Shown: positions 52,588 through 62,701, counted from the first letter of the stretch. The stretch is DNA of 64,000 bases from Candidatus Iainarchaeum sp. (GCA_021162685.1 JAGGYF010000026.1:21557-85556); one strand, 5' to 3'. Numbers and translations are program-made. The notes: generated by a model from the sequence alone, not told the origin.

Positions 52588-54420
52588 TCACACAAAAATA
52601 GGTCTTTTGCTCAAAAGTATTGGCAGAGGCAGTGGTTTAAATGGCATACCTTTTGTTTTCTTCTCTATAATTGCATTGAGTTCATCTGCTCCCATCTTTT
52701 TCTCCCCTTCCCCTCTAACCCGTACAGATAAGACACCTGTACTCTTCTCTTGTTCTCCATAAACTACAATAAAGGGTATCCACTCCTTCTCAGCATCCCT
52801 TATCTTCTTGCTAAGTGAGATGTCCCTATCATCAACATCCACTCTGAAATGTATGCTCTCCAATAGAGCAAGTGCATCATTGACAAATGATTGCGAAACT
52901 GGGATAATCCTAACCTGCGTTGGAACAATCCATAACGGAAGCATTGCTTTGCTGCCCTTCTTCATCTGCTTTGCTGCTTTTTCAAGTAGAGCATATATCA
53001 CCCTCTCAACTGCTCCAGTAGGTGAGAGGTGTAGTATGATGGGTCTCTTCTTCTTTCCATCACTATCAACAAAGGAGATATCATAATTCTCCGCGTTCTC
53101 AACATCTATTTGATCAGTTGTAAGTGCTGCTGCCTTTTTGAGATTATCAACAAAATTGAACTCATACTTCATAACGAAGTAGAATATTCTCTTGTCCCAC
53201 ATCTCAATAAGTGCTGGTTTGCCCCATTCCTTAACAAGGTCTTTCACAAATGTTTTATTATTTTCCCAAAAGTCTTTTGTTATCCGTATTGCAAGTTCCA
53301 TATCCTCCGGCATGTCAAATCCTATCTTCCTCTGCATATCTATGGAGAGCTTAAATCGCTTCATAAGTTGCTCCTTTGCTTGTGTGATGTCTCTACAAAG
53401 CGCATGGCAATCAGGCATAGTAAATGCCCTTAACCTTCTCAATCCTGAAAGCTCACCTCTTTGTTCAACCCTAAATGAATAGCGCGTTAGTTCATATATC
53501 CACAGTGGCAGATTCTTATATGAGATTGTTGCATCATGCGCCATAAGGAACTGTCCAAAACATGCGCTAAACCTCAAAAAGACCCTTTTGTTAGGAGTAT
53601 CTATTGTATACTGCCTTGCAGGGAACCTGTTCAGATATTTCTTCAATGCTGGATGCTCATAATCATACATAATAGGGGTTTCAACCTCAAGAGCACCAGC
53701 ACTAACAAGTGTATCTGAGATAAATGATTCAAGCAATCCCTTCATAAGTTTTCCTTTCGGATACCATCTGAAATGCCCAGGATCAGATGCAGGCTCGTAA
53801 TCAACAAGCTCTTGAGCCCTCATAATACGTATATGTGGTGGCTCTTCCTTTGCCTCCCTATTCTTTGAGTACTCATAGTTATAGAATGCTTTTAGATTGT
53901 CATATCCTTTGTAGTCAAATTTATCAGCATCAACTAGGTTTCCGTTAACATCAAGGATAAACCATTTTGATTTCAGTGATTTTTCAGCCTTTAATGCTTT
54001 ACTTTCTGATGTTTTTTTGGATATAATCCTGCTTAATTCAGCAAGTGGGTGGCCTTTCACCTTTATTGTGAATGACTTATACCAACCAAATGGTGCATGA
54101 TGCACAACATACCCCTTTTCTTTTAATGATTGCTCCATTGCTTTTATAACATTAATAGCTTCCTCTGGTCTAGATGGTTTACTTGTCAGGTGAACCCAAG
54201 GGTATATCACAACATTATTAACATGAATTTGTTTACATACATCCATAATCTCATTTACAGCAGGTTCAACAAGGTTCATATCTCCTTGTTCAATACCTGT
54301 GAATACCACTAAACATTGCTCAAACCTTTTCTTCTCCTTCTGTACTTCCTCAGCTATCTTTATTGCTTTCTTCTTTGGTTCAACCTCTAAAAAATCAGAA
54401 TGCATTGTTATGATTCGCAT
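52588..54420 (-). CDS. thrS: Threonyl-tRNA synthetase, archaeal type (N-terminal editing domain)
   Basis: 610 aa; archaeal-type N-terminus (MRIITMHSDFLEVEP); class II core and C-terminal anticodon-binding domain. Confidence 0.8.
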   Translation of the reverse strand: MRIITMHSDFLEVEPKKKAIKIAEEVQKEKKRFEQCLVVFTGIEQGDMNLVEPAVNEIMDVCKQIHVNNVVIYPWVHLTSKPSRPEEAINVIKAMEQSLKEKGYVVHHAPFGWYKSFTIKVKGHPLAELSRIISKKTSESKALKAEKSLKSKWFILDVNGNLVDADKFDYKGYDNLKAFYNYEYSKNREAKEEPPHIRIMRAQELVDYEPASDPGHFRWYPKGKLMKGLLESFISDTLVSAGALEVETPIMYDYEHPALKKYLNRFPARQYTIDTPNKRVFLRFSACFGQFLMAHDATISYKNLPLWIYELTRYSFRVEQRGELSGLRRLRAFTMPDCHALCRDITQAKEQLMKRFKLSIDMQRKIGFDMPEDMELAIRITKDFWENNKTFVKDLVKEWGKPALIEMWDKRIFYFVMKYEFNFVDNLKKAAALTTDQIDVENAENYDISFVDSDGKKKRPIILHLSPTGAVERVIYALLEKAAKQMKKGSKAMLPLWIVPTQVRIIPVSQSFVNDALALLESIHFRVDVDDRDISLSKKIRDAEKEWIPFIVVYGEQEKSTGVLSVRVRGEGEKKMGADELNAIIEKKTKGMPFKPLPLPILLSKRPIFV

Positions 54421-54425
54421 GGAAA

Positions 54426-54614
54426 TCAGCGCAATAGTTTTTGGATGTCCTTTGCATCCAATCTTCTTCTCTGCTCAAATGCCATAATAATCTCTTCTGC
54501 CTTCTCTGGTGTTAGCAAGTTTACCTTTTCCATTAATTCATTTACTTTGTCCTCTGAAAATATTGACCTTAGATATATTCTTATGGTATCCATCTGGGAT
54601 TTCTCTGGTGGCAT
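54426..54614 (-). CDS. Small hypothetical protein upstream of thrS
   Basis: 62 aa, helical, charged. Confidence 0.3.
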   Translation of the reverse strand: MPPEKSQMDTIRIYLRSIFSEDKVNELMEKVNLLTPEKAEEIIMAFEQRRRLDAKDIQKLLR

Positions 54615-54667
54615 ACCTATATTTTGAACGCTTTTGTTTTTAAATTATGTGTGTGTAGATTACGTGC

Positions 54668-55825
54668 ATGATGGAGATAAAGAAGTATTACATACTAAGA
54701 TTTCTCAGCAGACTAGTGTTCTTCTTACCAATATTTGTCATATTCTTGCAGGAAAACGGCTTATCTCTAACAGAGATTATGGTCCTACAGAGTATCTATT
54801 CTATTGTCTATCTCCTACTCCAAATACCAACAGGGGCATTTGCTGATTTATTTGGAAGAAATAGAAGTATCCAGATATCAACAGCCTTTCTTGTTATTGG
54901 TTCGTTTCTCTATTCTATTGGTAAAAACTTTACTGGGTTCTTGATCGCAGAGATCGCTTGGGCATTTGCATCAGCATTTTTCTACGGAGCAGATGAAGCA
55001 TTTGTATATGACATACTAAAATCAGCTGGGAGAGAAAAACATTACAAAAAGGTCAAGGGAAAAATCTTCGGTATTGAACAGGTATCTAGTGCCATAGCAT
55101 TTGCTTTTGGAGGATGGCTTGCATCTATGTATATGAGGCTGCCATTCCAGATCACCGTATTGTTTTATGTCATAGCATTCTTTGTGTCACTAACATTGCG
55201 TGAAACAAAAAGGAAGCAGCGGTTTTATATTGAGAGGTATGTGAAACAAATTAAGAACTCTGTTGTATTTATATCAAGAAAAAAAGAACTGAAATTTTTG
55301 ATTGAATATGCAGTTGTGTTCTCTGGTTTTAGTCTTGCTGCTTTTTGGTTATTCCAACCATATATGAGGTATATTGGCATACCAATCGTACAGTTTGGGA
55401 TATTGTTTGCATCATTCTCATTAGTTGGTTCCCTTGGTTCTGTATATGCACATAAGGTAGAGAAAAGGCTTGGAAGGGCACAGACGCTCTATTTTATGGC
55501 GATACTTCTCGGCCTTTCACTTATGTTTATGGCATCTGTATCCTTCATTGCTGGCGTACTCTTCATATACTTCGCATATTTTGCATATGGTTTCTCAACA
55601 CCCGTGATAAGTGACTATACAAATAAACTAACACCATCAGATAAGAGAGCAACTGTTGCGTCAGTAAGGGGCATGGCACAAGAACTATTCTCTGCTGTCC
55701 TCCTCCCATTTATAGGCGTTATTGCTGATATATACTCTGTACAACATGCGCTCCTTGTTTCTGGTGTTGTTGTAGCAGTAACATGTTTAACAATGACAAT
55801 GATATTCTATACTACAAGGGGATGA
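54668..55825 (+). CDS. MFS-family transporter
   Basis: 385 aa, about 12 TM helices, MFS signature-like loop (GAFADLFGRNRS). Confidence 0.75.
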   Translation: MMEIKKYYILRFLSRLVFFLPIFVIFLQENGLSLTEIMVLQSIYSIVYLLLQIPTGAFADLFGRNRSIQISTAFLVIGSFLYSIGKNFTGFLIAEIAWAFASAFFYGADEAFVYDILKSAGREKHYKKVKGKIFGIEQVSSAIAFAFGGWLASMYMRLPFQITVLFYVIAFFVSLTLRETKRKQRFYIERYVKQIKNSVVFISRKKELKFLIEYAVVFSGFSLAAFWLFQPYMRYIGIPIVQFGILFASFSLVGSLGSVYAHKVEKRLGRAQTLYFMAILLGLSLMFMASVSFIAGVLFIYFAYFAYGFSTPVISDYTNKLTPSDKRATVASVRGMAQELFSAVLLPFIGVIADIYSVQHALLVSGVVVAVTCLTMTMIFYTTRG

Positions 55826-56463
55826 GTATGATAAAGAGGTTGTATAAACAGCTCTATAATGCTTTTGGTCCACAACATTGGTGGCCTGCTGAAACATCCT
55901 TTGAAGTTGTGGTTGGTGCTATACTCACACAGAACACATCCTGGAAAAATGTTGAGAAAGCCATAGAGTGTTTGAAAGAAAGAAAACTGTTAGATGTAGA
56001 TGCAATGTATAAAACAAAACTGAAAATTATTAAGGAATGTGTAAAGCCAGCAGGTTTCTATAACCAGAAGGCAGAACGATTAAAGCTCTTTGTTGAGCAT
56101 GTTGTAAAAAATTATGATGGGAATCTTAATGAGATGCTTGAGAAGGATGTAGAAGAACTTAGAAAAGAATTGCTCTCATTAAAGGGCATTGGTAAAGAAA
56201 CAGCTGACTCAATCCTACTATATGCTGCTAATAAACCTGTATTTGTTATTGACGCATACACAAAGAGGATATGTAAGAGAATGGGAATAAGTCAAAGTGA
56301 TGATTACGAAGAACTCAGGGCACTTTTTGAGAAAAACCTAAATCCAGAACAATATAATGAAATGCATGCACTACTTGTTGAACTTGCAAAGAGGTACTGT
56401 AAGAAAAAACCATTGTGTGATATATGTGTCGTAAGCAAGTTGTGTAAAAAGCAAGTTATTTGA
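55822..56463 (+). CDS. HhH-GPD DNA glycosylase (endonuclease III-like) with C-terminal 4Fe-4S cysteine cluster
   Basis: Start trimmed to MSMIKRLYKQ (ATGA overlap with the MFS stop). HhH-GPD pattern (LLSLKGIGKETADSILLYA...VIDAY). C-terminal C-x6-C-x2-C-x5-C (CKKKPLCDICVVSKLC). Confidence 0.75.
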   Translation: MSMIKRLYKQLYNAFGPQHWWPAETSFEVVVGAILTQNTSWKNVEKAIECLKERKLLDVDAMYKTKLKIIKECVKPAGFYNQKAERLKLFVEHVVKNYDGNLNEMLEKDVEELRKELLSLKGIGKETADSILLYAANKPVFVIDAYTKRICKRMGISQSDDYEELRALFEKNLNPEQYNEMHALLVELAKRYCKKKPLCDICVVSKLCKKQVI

Positions 56464-57193
56464 TTTTCTCCTCCCCCTTCTCTTCTGTCCTTATGATTAT
56501 CTCCTGCGGCCCTTGGGCTTGTGAAGCTACTCTCATGATATCCTCATATGGTGTCTTTTGATAATGCATAAAGGATTCATCAAGGCAGTTTTCTGGCCTA
56601 AATTGTTGTATCACCCATCTCCTTGCTCCACTGAGTTGATTAGATATTGTCAGCATTTCATCCTCAGAAAGTTCTGGTGTATATGTTGTCCTGAACTCAT
56701 AATCAATGTTTGAATGCATGAGTATGTCTATGCTCTTCAAGATGTTCTCAATAGATATGTCTGATCTTGTTATCTCCATATATCTTTTCTTATCAAGCGG
56801 TGCTTTGACATCCATTGCGATGTAATCAACAACCTTCATGTCCAACATCTTTTTCAACATGCTTGGGTTTGAGCCATTTGTCTCAAGATACACGTTAAGT
56901 CTCTTCAGTTTCATCTTCTTACAGAATATTGGAAGGTCAGAATATATTGTTGGTTCTCCACCAGTAATAACAATGCAATCAATTGCCCATTGTACCCTAT
57001 TAAGTGCTTTTTCAAATTCCGTTTTCTGTATTGTGTTTGTTTTTTTGATCACATCTGAGCTATAGCAGAATGGGCATCGCATATTGCACCCACTAGCAAA
57101 CAAAACGAATGCAATCTTTCCTCTCCAATATGTTGTGCTCTGCGGGATATACCTAGCAATCTTCAATCTACCACTCCACATCCTTATATCCAT
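56456..57193 (-). CDS. Radical-SAM activating-enzyme family protein (NrdG/PflA/QueE-like)
   Basis: CxxxCxxC (CNMRCPFCY) near the N-terminus, GGEPT motif, 245 aa. Confidence 0.65.
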   Translation of the reverse strand: MDIRMWSGRLKIARYIPQSTTYWRGKIAFVLFASGCNMRCPFCYSSDVIKKTNTIQKTEFEKALNRVQWAIDCIVITGGEPTIYSDLPIFCKKMKLKRLNVYLETNGSNPSMLKKMLDMKVVDYIAMDVKAPLDKKRYMEITRSDISIENILKSIDILMHSNIDYEFRTTYTPELSEDEMLTISNQLSGARRWVIQQFRPENCLDESFMHYQKTPYEDIMRVASQAQGPQEIIIRTEEKGEEKIK

Positions 57194-57378
57194 TCATCAT
57201 AGACGTTGCAGAGGCGAGGAATCCAACAATGCCAATAAGGGCTAACGCAATCCCAACACGATAGCTGAGATAGACAGCGCCCATGATAAGGAACACGAGG
57301 TAGATAGGCATTGTTACTACTCCTATCTCAAACTGATACTTTGTGAAGAGGCACTGTCTCTTTTCGTGCTTTTTTGCC
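57168..57378 (-). CDS. Small membrane protein, hypothetical
   Basis: Start trimmed to MAKKHEKRQ; two TM helices. Confidence 0.35.
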
Positions 57379-57728
57379 ATATTATCACCTACACACCATA
57401 GGTTAAACACATATAAAAAAATAGAGGAAAGCCATCTGGCTTTCCTTCTTGGTAGAGATCCCATCAGGAAAAGTCCTGTTTGGGGTGGGGTGGTTAATTT
57501 TCTTATGTTTTTGCATTGTTTATATTCGGATTCCGAATCTCTTGTACAGTGTAAGTGTTAATCTCTTCTCATTAATATACTTTTTGGTTAGAAATCCTAA
57601 CCAATGCAATAAGCGACCTAAATAATTTAGTGAAAATGTAGAAAACGGGAAGTGGGGATGCAGGGGAGAGGAGAATACACCCCCACTGACACTCCTAAGG
57701 AGTGCCTCTATATTTGCGTATAAAGTGA

Positions 57729-57736
57729 TTTATATA
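57729..57736 (+). promoter_or_regulatory. TATA box (TTTATATA) about 26 nt upstream of the cupin ATG
   Basis: Canonical archaeal TATA sequence and spacing for a leaderless mRNA starting near 57759. Confidence 0.35.
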
Positions 57737-57758
57737 GCTTTCGCCCATAATCCGTATT

Positions 57759-58112
57759 ATGTGGCCATGGAAACGTGAAAAACCAACAATAGTGAGAGCC
57801 AAGGAAGGAAATATTGCAAACCCGCCAGGAGAACGAATAAGAGAGATATTTAAGCATAGGAATATAGGGTTTGCAGAGGCGGATATCAAAGAGGCAAAAC
57901 TCCATATCCATAGGAAGATACATGAATACTACTATGTTGTGGAAGGAGAAGGCAGAATAATGCTAGACGCAGATACATTCCATATAAAGAAAGGGGATTT
58001 TGTTCACATCCCCCCAGGCATAAAGCACAAGGCATTTAGTGATAAGGGGTTTAGAGTGCTGGTTGTATCAAGCCCTAAATGGAACGCAAAAGAACACAAG
58101 GTATTAGAATAG
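57759..58112 (+). CDS. Cupin-domain protein
   Basis: 117 aa; cupin motifs (HIHRKIHEYYYVVEGEG ... GDFVHIPPGIKH). Confidence 0.65.
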   Translation: MWPWKREKPTIVRAKEGNIANPPGERIREIFKHRNIGFAEADIKEAKLHIHRKIHEYYYVVEGEGRIMLDADTFHIKKGDFVHIPPGIKHKAFSDKGFRVLVVSSPKWNAKEHKVLE

Positions 58113-60101
58113 TTAGGTTCTTCTCTTTATTGTGAAGCTAATGGCTCCTTTTTTCATTAGGTTATATATTGTATTTGAGACGCTCTCGCCTGCATCAATC
58201 TTCAACCTAGCAGCTCCTTTGCAATGCTGCTGTAATTTGGATTCAATGTCTATCCATTTCTCTACATCTTGGATTTTATGTGTTAATCCGTCTGATGGAT
58301 AAACCTCTTTTACACCAAATCTCTTCTCATTCATAGCAGAAAATCGCTTTGGTGCGTTCACAACGTCCAAACAGCCAAACAATATGTACGTGCCCTCGTT
58401 CTCGTTGAAATTCTCAAGTTTTGTGTTTATATAGGCCAACACCTTTTCTGCAAACATGAATGCATTATTTGATTTCCATACCTCTTCTCCAGTGAACTCC
58501 TTAACTGCATTATCCAAACCAACAATACTAACAATACTTGGTGCATTATCTATGTTATAGTATTCTTCGTTGTTGAATTCTTGTGTGAGGAATGGCAATA
58601 TCTTGTCCTTGTGTAGCCTCCTCTCAATAATCTCCCTCTTTATCTTTATGGTTTCTTTGCTTTTTGTTAATGCATCATCTAGATATGTGAAGAATTGAGT
58701 TTCATCCTTTGATGTTAGTGCTATTCTTGGGAGATTTATAGAGACCTCTTGGAGTATTCCTGTTCTTAATGTTGTATACCATTTCCCTCCCTTACCAGAA
58801 AGTATCTGGTTAGGAGCAATCATGTTCATGTTCTGGTTTGATTTTATTCCCCTTAAATTCAGTATTGTTATGTTGTTCTTTTCTATAAACTGTTCAAGTA
58901 TGTTCTCTGTTGACATTGGGATTGCTCCTTCCCTAACCTTCAATACAATCTTTGGCATGCGGAATGGTTTTCCTTTATAATCTCCTTCACTCATCGCCTT
59001 TAGGAACAGGTTGAGAAAACGAATAGATTCTCTCTCATAATCAAAATATGTATCCTGTGATGTCACACCCCTTGGCAAAATGGCCTTCTCTTTCTTCAAG
59101 AATGTAGGGGTTTCCAACTCAAAGTTCAGAGTACTCTGTGCTAGCATTCCTCCCCTAACTGCATATATCTGATTTAGTTCATAGAGGAATGTCTGTATGA
59201 GCTGTGAAACCTGTTTTTCAGAAACGCCTAGTGTGTAAGGGGCCATGAATGTGTTAAAAAAGTCTATTGACTGGCCACCACTGAGATGTGTTTCTCCAGA
59301 TATCAACACCCTTATAGCATGCGATATTGCTACCTCCGGATGTTTAGCAGGACCAGCAACACTTGTCACCTCACCTATCCCGTCTGTTAATACTCCATTC
59401 TGTAAAAACCATCTTAGGTCATTCTGCAAACTTATTGGTCTTGTCGCGAAATAAGGGAGGTCGTGTATGTGGATCTCGCCTGCGAGATGTGCTTTTGAAA
59501 CATCCTGCGGAAGGATTCTTACTAATGTATATTCTTCAGCAACAGCATCGCCAAATCGCTTGTGGAGTGCTTCTGGGTTGGGTGGTCCTATTTCCATCTT
59601 CCTTCCATTTGCAATCATCCTGTCAACGTCATATATCGGAAGACCGATTCTCATGTACTCATTTTTTGCTTGCATATACCTTCTCTCAAGAAGTTTAGAA
59701 TTTACCATCTCCCTAATAAGTGGAGCAGAGATGTACCTCAACTCAAGTCTTCGTATATCTGACTCTACCTCTCCTGCAATCTCTTCACACACATTCTTTG
59801 CTAATGTTGTCTCATTGAGCAAACTTTTGATAATCTTTTCCTTATCAAAACTTTCAAGTAAGCCATCGGATGTTCTCACATAAATCCTGTGATAGTTCTC
59901 AAAGCGCCTTGCACTATCCTCGTCTCTTTTCCTCAACTCCCTAACAATAAGCTCGTTGAGTTCCTCATCTGTTAGCGGTTTATCAAGCTCTTTTTGCAAA
60001 GCCAATGCTACTTCTGATGCCAACCAGAAGGAGATGCCTGCTTTTGAGCATTTATCCTCTATGACCTTAGGATTGAATCTCGAACCTTGTTCTGGGCCCA
60101 T
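58113..60101 (-). CDS. NrdD-like (class III anaerobic ribonucleotide reductase family) protein, apparently lacking the catalytic cysteines and the glycyl-radical domain
   Basis: Segments match conserved NrdD blocks as recalled from phage T4 NrdD (HLAGEIHIHDLPY vs HESGIIHVHDIDY; INLPRIAL vs LNLPRIAL). ATP-cone-like N-terminal repeats. No RxCGY glycyl-radical motif or C-terminal Zn ribbon; the position aligned to the thiyl-radical Cys has no Cys. Confidence 0.55.
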   Translation of the reverse strand: MGPEQGSRFNPKVIEDKCSKAGISFWLASEVALALQKELDKPLTDEELNELIVRELRKRDEDSARRFENYHRIYVRTSDGLLESFDKEKIIKSLLNETTLAKNVCEEIAGEVESDIRRLELRYISAPLIREMVNSKLLERRYMQAKNEYMRIGLPIYDVDRMIANGRKMEIGPPNPEALHKRFGDAVAEEYTLVRILPQDVSKAHLAGEIHIHDLPYFATRPISLQNDLRWFLQNGVLTDGIGEVTSVAGPAKHPEVAISHAIRVLISGETHLSGGQSIDFFNTFMAPYTLGVSEKQVSQLIQTFLYELNQIYAVRGGMLAQSTLNFELETPTFLKKEKAILPRGVTSQDTYFDYERESIRFLNLFLKAMSEGDYKGKPFRMPKIVLKVREGAIPMSTENILEQFIEKNNITILNLRGIKSNQNMNMIAPNQILSGKGGKWYTTLRTGILQEVSINLPRIALTSKDETQFFTYLDDALTKSKETIKIKREIIERRLHKDKILPFLTQEFNNEEYYNIDNAPSIVSIVGLDNAVKEFTGEEVWKSNNAFMFAEKVLAYINTKLENFNENEGTYILFGCLDVVNAPKRFSAMNEKRFGVKEVYPSDGLTHKIQDVEKWIDIESKLQQHCKGAARLKIDAGESVSNTIYNLMKKGAISFTIKRRT

Positions 60102-60167
60102 GTATTATTTTTTATACTTCTTTGTTTATAATTATAAAAGCTTGGTTAGAAAACCAAACGTGATGGT

Positions 60168-60632
60168 ATGGCGAGCGAAAACCATGTGGATGTTGATGAA
60201 ATAGACCTGAAAATTATAGAGTTATTAAAGGAAAATGCAAGAATGTCATATTCTGACATGGCAAAGCATTTTGGCTTCTCAGATGTTGCCATAAGGAAAA
60301 GGGTGGATAAGCTTGTTGAGAAAGGTGTAATAAAAAAGTTCACAACAGTTATTGACCACAAGAAGCTTGGGAAGAACGTGACTGCGTTCATATTCATAAA
60401 GACCAGGTCAGATAAAACAAATGAGATTGCAGATCAATTACTAAGTATTCCTGGCATAGAAGAAGTGTATATCTCATTAGGATTATATGATATCATCGCA
60501 AAGATACACTGTGATGACGTTGTTGCATTGAAATCATTAACTGAGGGAAAGCTCAATGATATAAATGGCATACTTGAAGTAAGACCATCCATTGTATTCA
60601 GTGAGATATCAGGTAAGAAAAACCAGGTGTAA
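60168..60632 (+). CDS. Lrp/AsnC-family transcriptional regulator
   Basis: 154 aa; N-terminal HTH (IDLKIIELLKENARMSYSDMAKHFGFSDVAIRKRVDKL) and C-terminal RAM domain. Confidence 0.8.
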   Translation: MASENHVDVDEIDLKIIELLKENARMSYSDMAKHFGFSDVAIRKRVDKLVEKGVIKKFTTVIDHKKLGKNVTAFIFIKTRSDKTNEIADQLLSIPGIEEVYISLGLYDIIAKIHCDDVVALKSLTEGKLNDINGILEVRPSIVFSEISGKKNQV

Positions 60633-61532
60633 TCATTTCACGGCAAGCATTGCCTCTATTGCTTCCCTCGCCCTTTCTGCTATGGTTTTCTCCACAGCCA
60701 CAACATTTCTCTTATGTATTAGTGATTGGTAAACATCCTGTAATGTTATCTTCTTCATGTCTTGGCATATTGCATTATCAATACAAAAGAATTGTTTCCC
60801 GGGTATCTCCTTCCTCATCCTATAACATAATTCCTTCTCTGTGCCAATGATAAATTCCGTTGCTTTGTTCCTCTTTGCTTCTCTAACCATTCCGTTTGTT
60901 CCTAAGATATAATCAGCAACATCTTGAACATCTGGGTTACACTCAGGATGTACCATCACCACGGCATTTTTATGCTCATATTTCAGTGACATTATGTCAT
61001 CATATGTTATGAAGAACTTGTGTGTTGCACAATGGCCATTATCTGGAACAGAGATTATTGTTTTATCTGTGTTCTTGCTAATATGATAAGCCAAATTTTT
61101 ATCTGGTCCAAATATTACTGTGTCTGCATCAAGGGAATTAACAACTTTAACAGCATTTGCAGAGGTGCAGCATATATCTGCTTCTGCCTTGCATTCGGCA
61201 GTTGTGTTAACATAAAGCACAACTGGTGCGTCTCCGTATGTTTTTCTTGTTTGTTTTATTAACTCTGGTGTTAATTGTGCAGCCATTGGGCACAATGCAT
61301 TTGTATTTGGCAACAAAACGGTTTTTTCTGGATTGAGGATTGCTGCTGTCTCTGCCATAAATCTTACGCCACAAAATATGATAAGCTCAGAAGAGAGTTC
61401 CCTTGACTTAAGGGCAAGGTCAAGAGAGTCTCCAACAAAATCAGCTATGTCCTGTATCTCTGGCCTCTGGTAGTTATGTGCAAGTATGACGGCACCTTCC
61501 TCCTCTTTTAATCGCATGACCTCATCAATCAT
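60633..61532 (-). CDS. nadA: Quinolinate synthase A
   Basis: 299 aa; conserved NadA motifs (ILAHNYQ, PDKNL, CCTSANAV...). Confidence 0.8.
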   Translation of the reverse strand: MIDEVMRLKEEEGAVILAHNYQRPEIQDIADFVGDSLDLALKSRELSSELIIFCGVRFMAETAAILNPEKTVLLPNTNALCPMAAQLTPELIKQTRKTYGDAPVVLYVNTTAECKAEADICCTSANAVKVVNSLDADTVIFGPDKNLAYHISKNTDKTIISVPDNGHCATHKFFITYDDIMSLKYEHKNAVVMVHPECNPDVQDVADYILGTNGMVREAKRNKATEFIIGTEKELCYRMRKEIPGKQFFCIDNAICQDMKKITLQDVYQSLIHKRNVVAVEKTIAERAREAIEAMLAVK

Positions 61533-61586
61533 CGCATTATTGTTATTGGAAAACTTTTTATAGATTACGGCATTAAAGAGAGGGAT

Positions 61587-62318
61587 ATGGTGAAGTTATC
61601 AAATACCAGCAAATGGATAAAAGAGGACACAGGAAGGCAATTCTTCATTATTCTGTACAAGGTTGATAAAGTCCTGTTCAAAAAGCGCACAAAATATCAG
61701 AATATAGTCATTGGAGAAAATAAAGCATTTGGTAGGATGCTCTTCCTTGACAATGAGATACAGATAGCAGAGCTTGATGTTGATATCTATGACAAAGCAC
61801 TTGTTGATCCAATATTTAAAAGAAGAAAGAGGATAAAAAAAGCAGTTATTCTTGGTGGTGGTGATGGTGGAGTATTACACGAGCTGCTAAAACATGATGT
61901 TGAGAAGGTATATCTTGTTGATATAGATAAGGATGTAGTTGATGCATGTAAGAAATACCTAAAGAGGATACATAAAAATGCGTTTAATGATAAAAGAGCC
62001 GAGATAGTTATACAAGATGCAAATGAGTTCTTAAAAAATAACAAGGGATTTGATGCTGTCATCTATGACCTAACAATGTTCCCCAATCTTGGGAGGGTGA
62101 AAAGAGAGCGATACTTGTCAGAGATATTCGGCAACATAAGGAGAGCCATGAAAGCAAATGGTATTCTCACAATGCAGATGTGTTCTGCGCTTGATGTCAA
62201 AACAAGGGCGTTTATAGAGAGGATATTAAGGAAACATTTCAAGGATATTAGAATACAACGCTTTTTTATACAGCCGTATTGTGAGTACTGGTTGTTTGCA
62301 TCTGCGAAACCCAAATAG
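61587..62318 (+). CDS. speE: Spermidine synthase-like aminopropyltransferase
   Basis: SAM-binding GGGDGG motif (VILGGGDGGVLHELLKH), DIDKDVVD acidic loop; 243 aa. Confidence 0.7.
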   Translation: MVKLSNTSKWIKEDTGRQFFIILYKVDKVLFKKRTKYQNIVIGENKAFGRMLFLDNEIQIAELDVDIYDKALVDPIFKRRKRIKKAVILGGGDGGVLHELLKHDVEKVYLVDIDKDVVDACKKYLKRIHKNAFNDKRAEIVIQDANEFLKNNKGFDAVIYDLTMFPNLGRVKRERYLSEIFGNIRRAMKANGILTMQMCSALDVKTRAFIERILRKHFKDIRIQRFFIQPYCEYWLFASAKPK

Positions 62319-62347
62319 ATTTAAGTATGTAATCCCAATATGTATGC

Positions 62348-62701
62348 ATGAATATCACTATAACAGCACGAGTTTTTCCAACCGAAGATAAGGATAAGAT
62401 TATTGAGCATATCTCCTCTATTTTTCCAGAAGCAACGTTTGAGGAAAATGATGATTTAATTATAGGAAAAACAAATGATGTTAGGCAATTCAGAAAACTT
62501 GTTGAACAGCAGAGGATAAGAAACACTATAGAGAGCATACTTATGCAAAACTATGTTGGCGGCAAAACAAGAATACTGTTGAATAAGCAGTGCAAGGGAA
62601 TTGTAAATGTTTATGAGGAAAATGAGCTTGGTCCAATAGAAGTTATTATTGAGGGCACAGAGGATGAGATAAAGAAAATGGTGTGGGGAAATGGAGATTG
62701 A
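62348..62701 (+). CDS. UPF0201-family archaeal protein
   Basis: MNITITARVFPTEDKDKIIEHISSIFPEA...DDLIIGKTNDVRQFRKLVEQQRIRNT matches the UPF0201 pattern as recalled. Confidence 0.5.
   Translation: MNITITARVFPTEDKDKIIEHISSIFPEATFEENDDLIIGKTNDVRQFRKLVEQQRIRNTIESILMQNYVGGKTRILLNKQCKGIVNVYEENELGPIEVIIEGTEDEIKKMVWGNGD

Noticed and set aside
57629-57700. G-rich segment with GTGGGG...CCCCAC and CACTCC-TAA-GGAGTG pairings as a possible small ncRNA (C/D box sRNA, riboswitch)
   Set aside because: No C/D box motifs (RUGAUGA/CUGA) on either strand and no match to a riboswitch consensus I can recall. Kept only as part of the palindrome-rich promoter-region finding.
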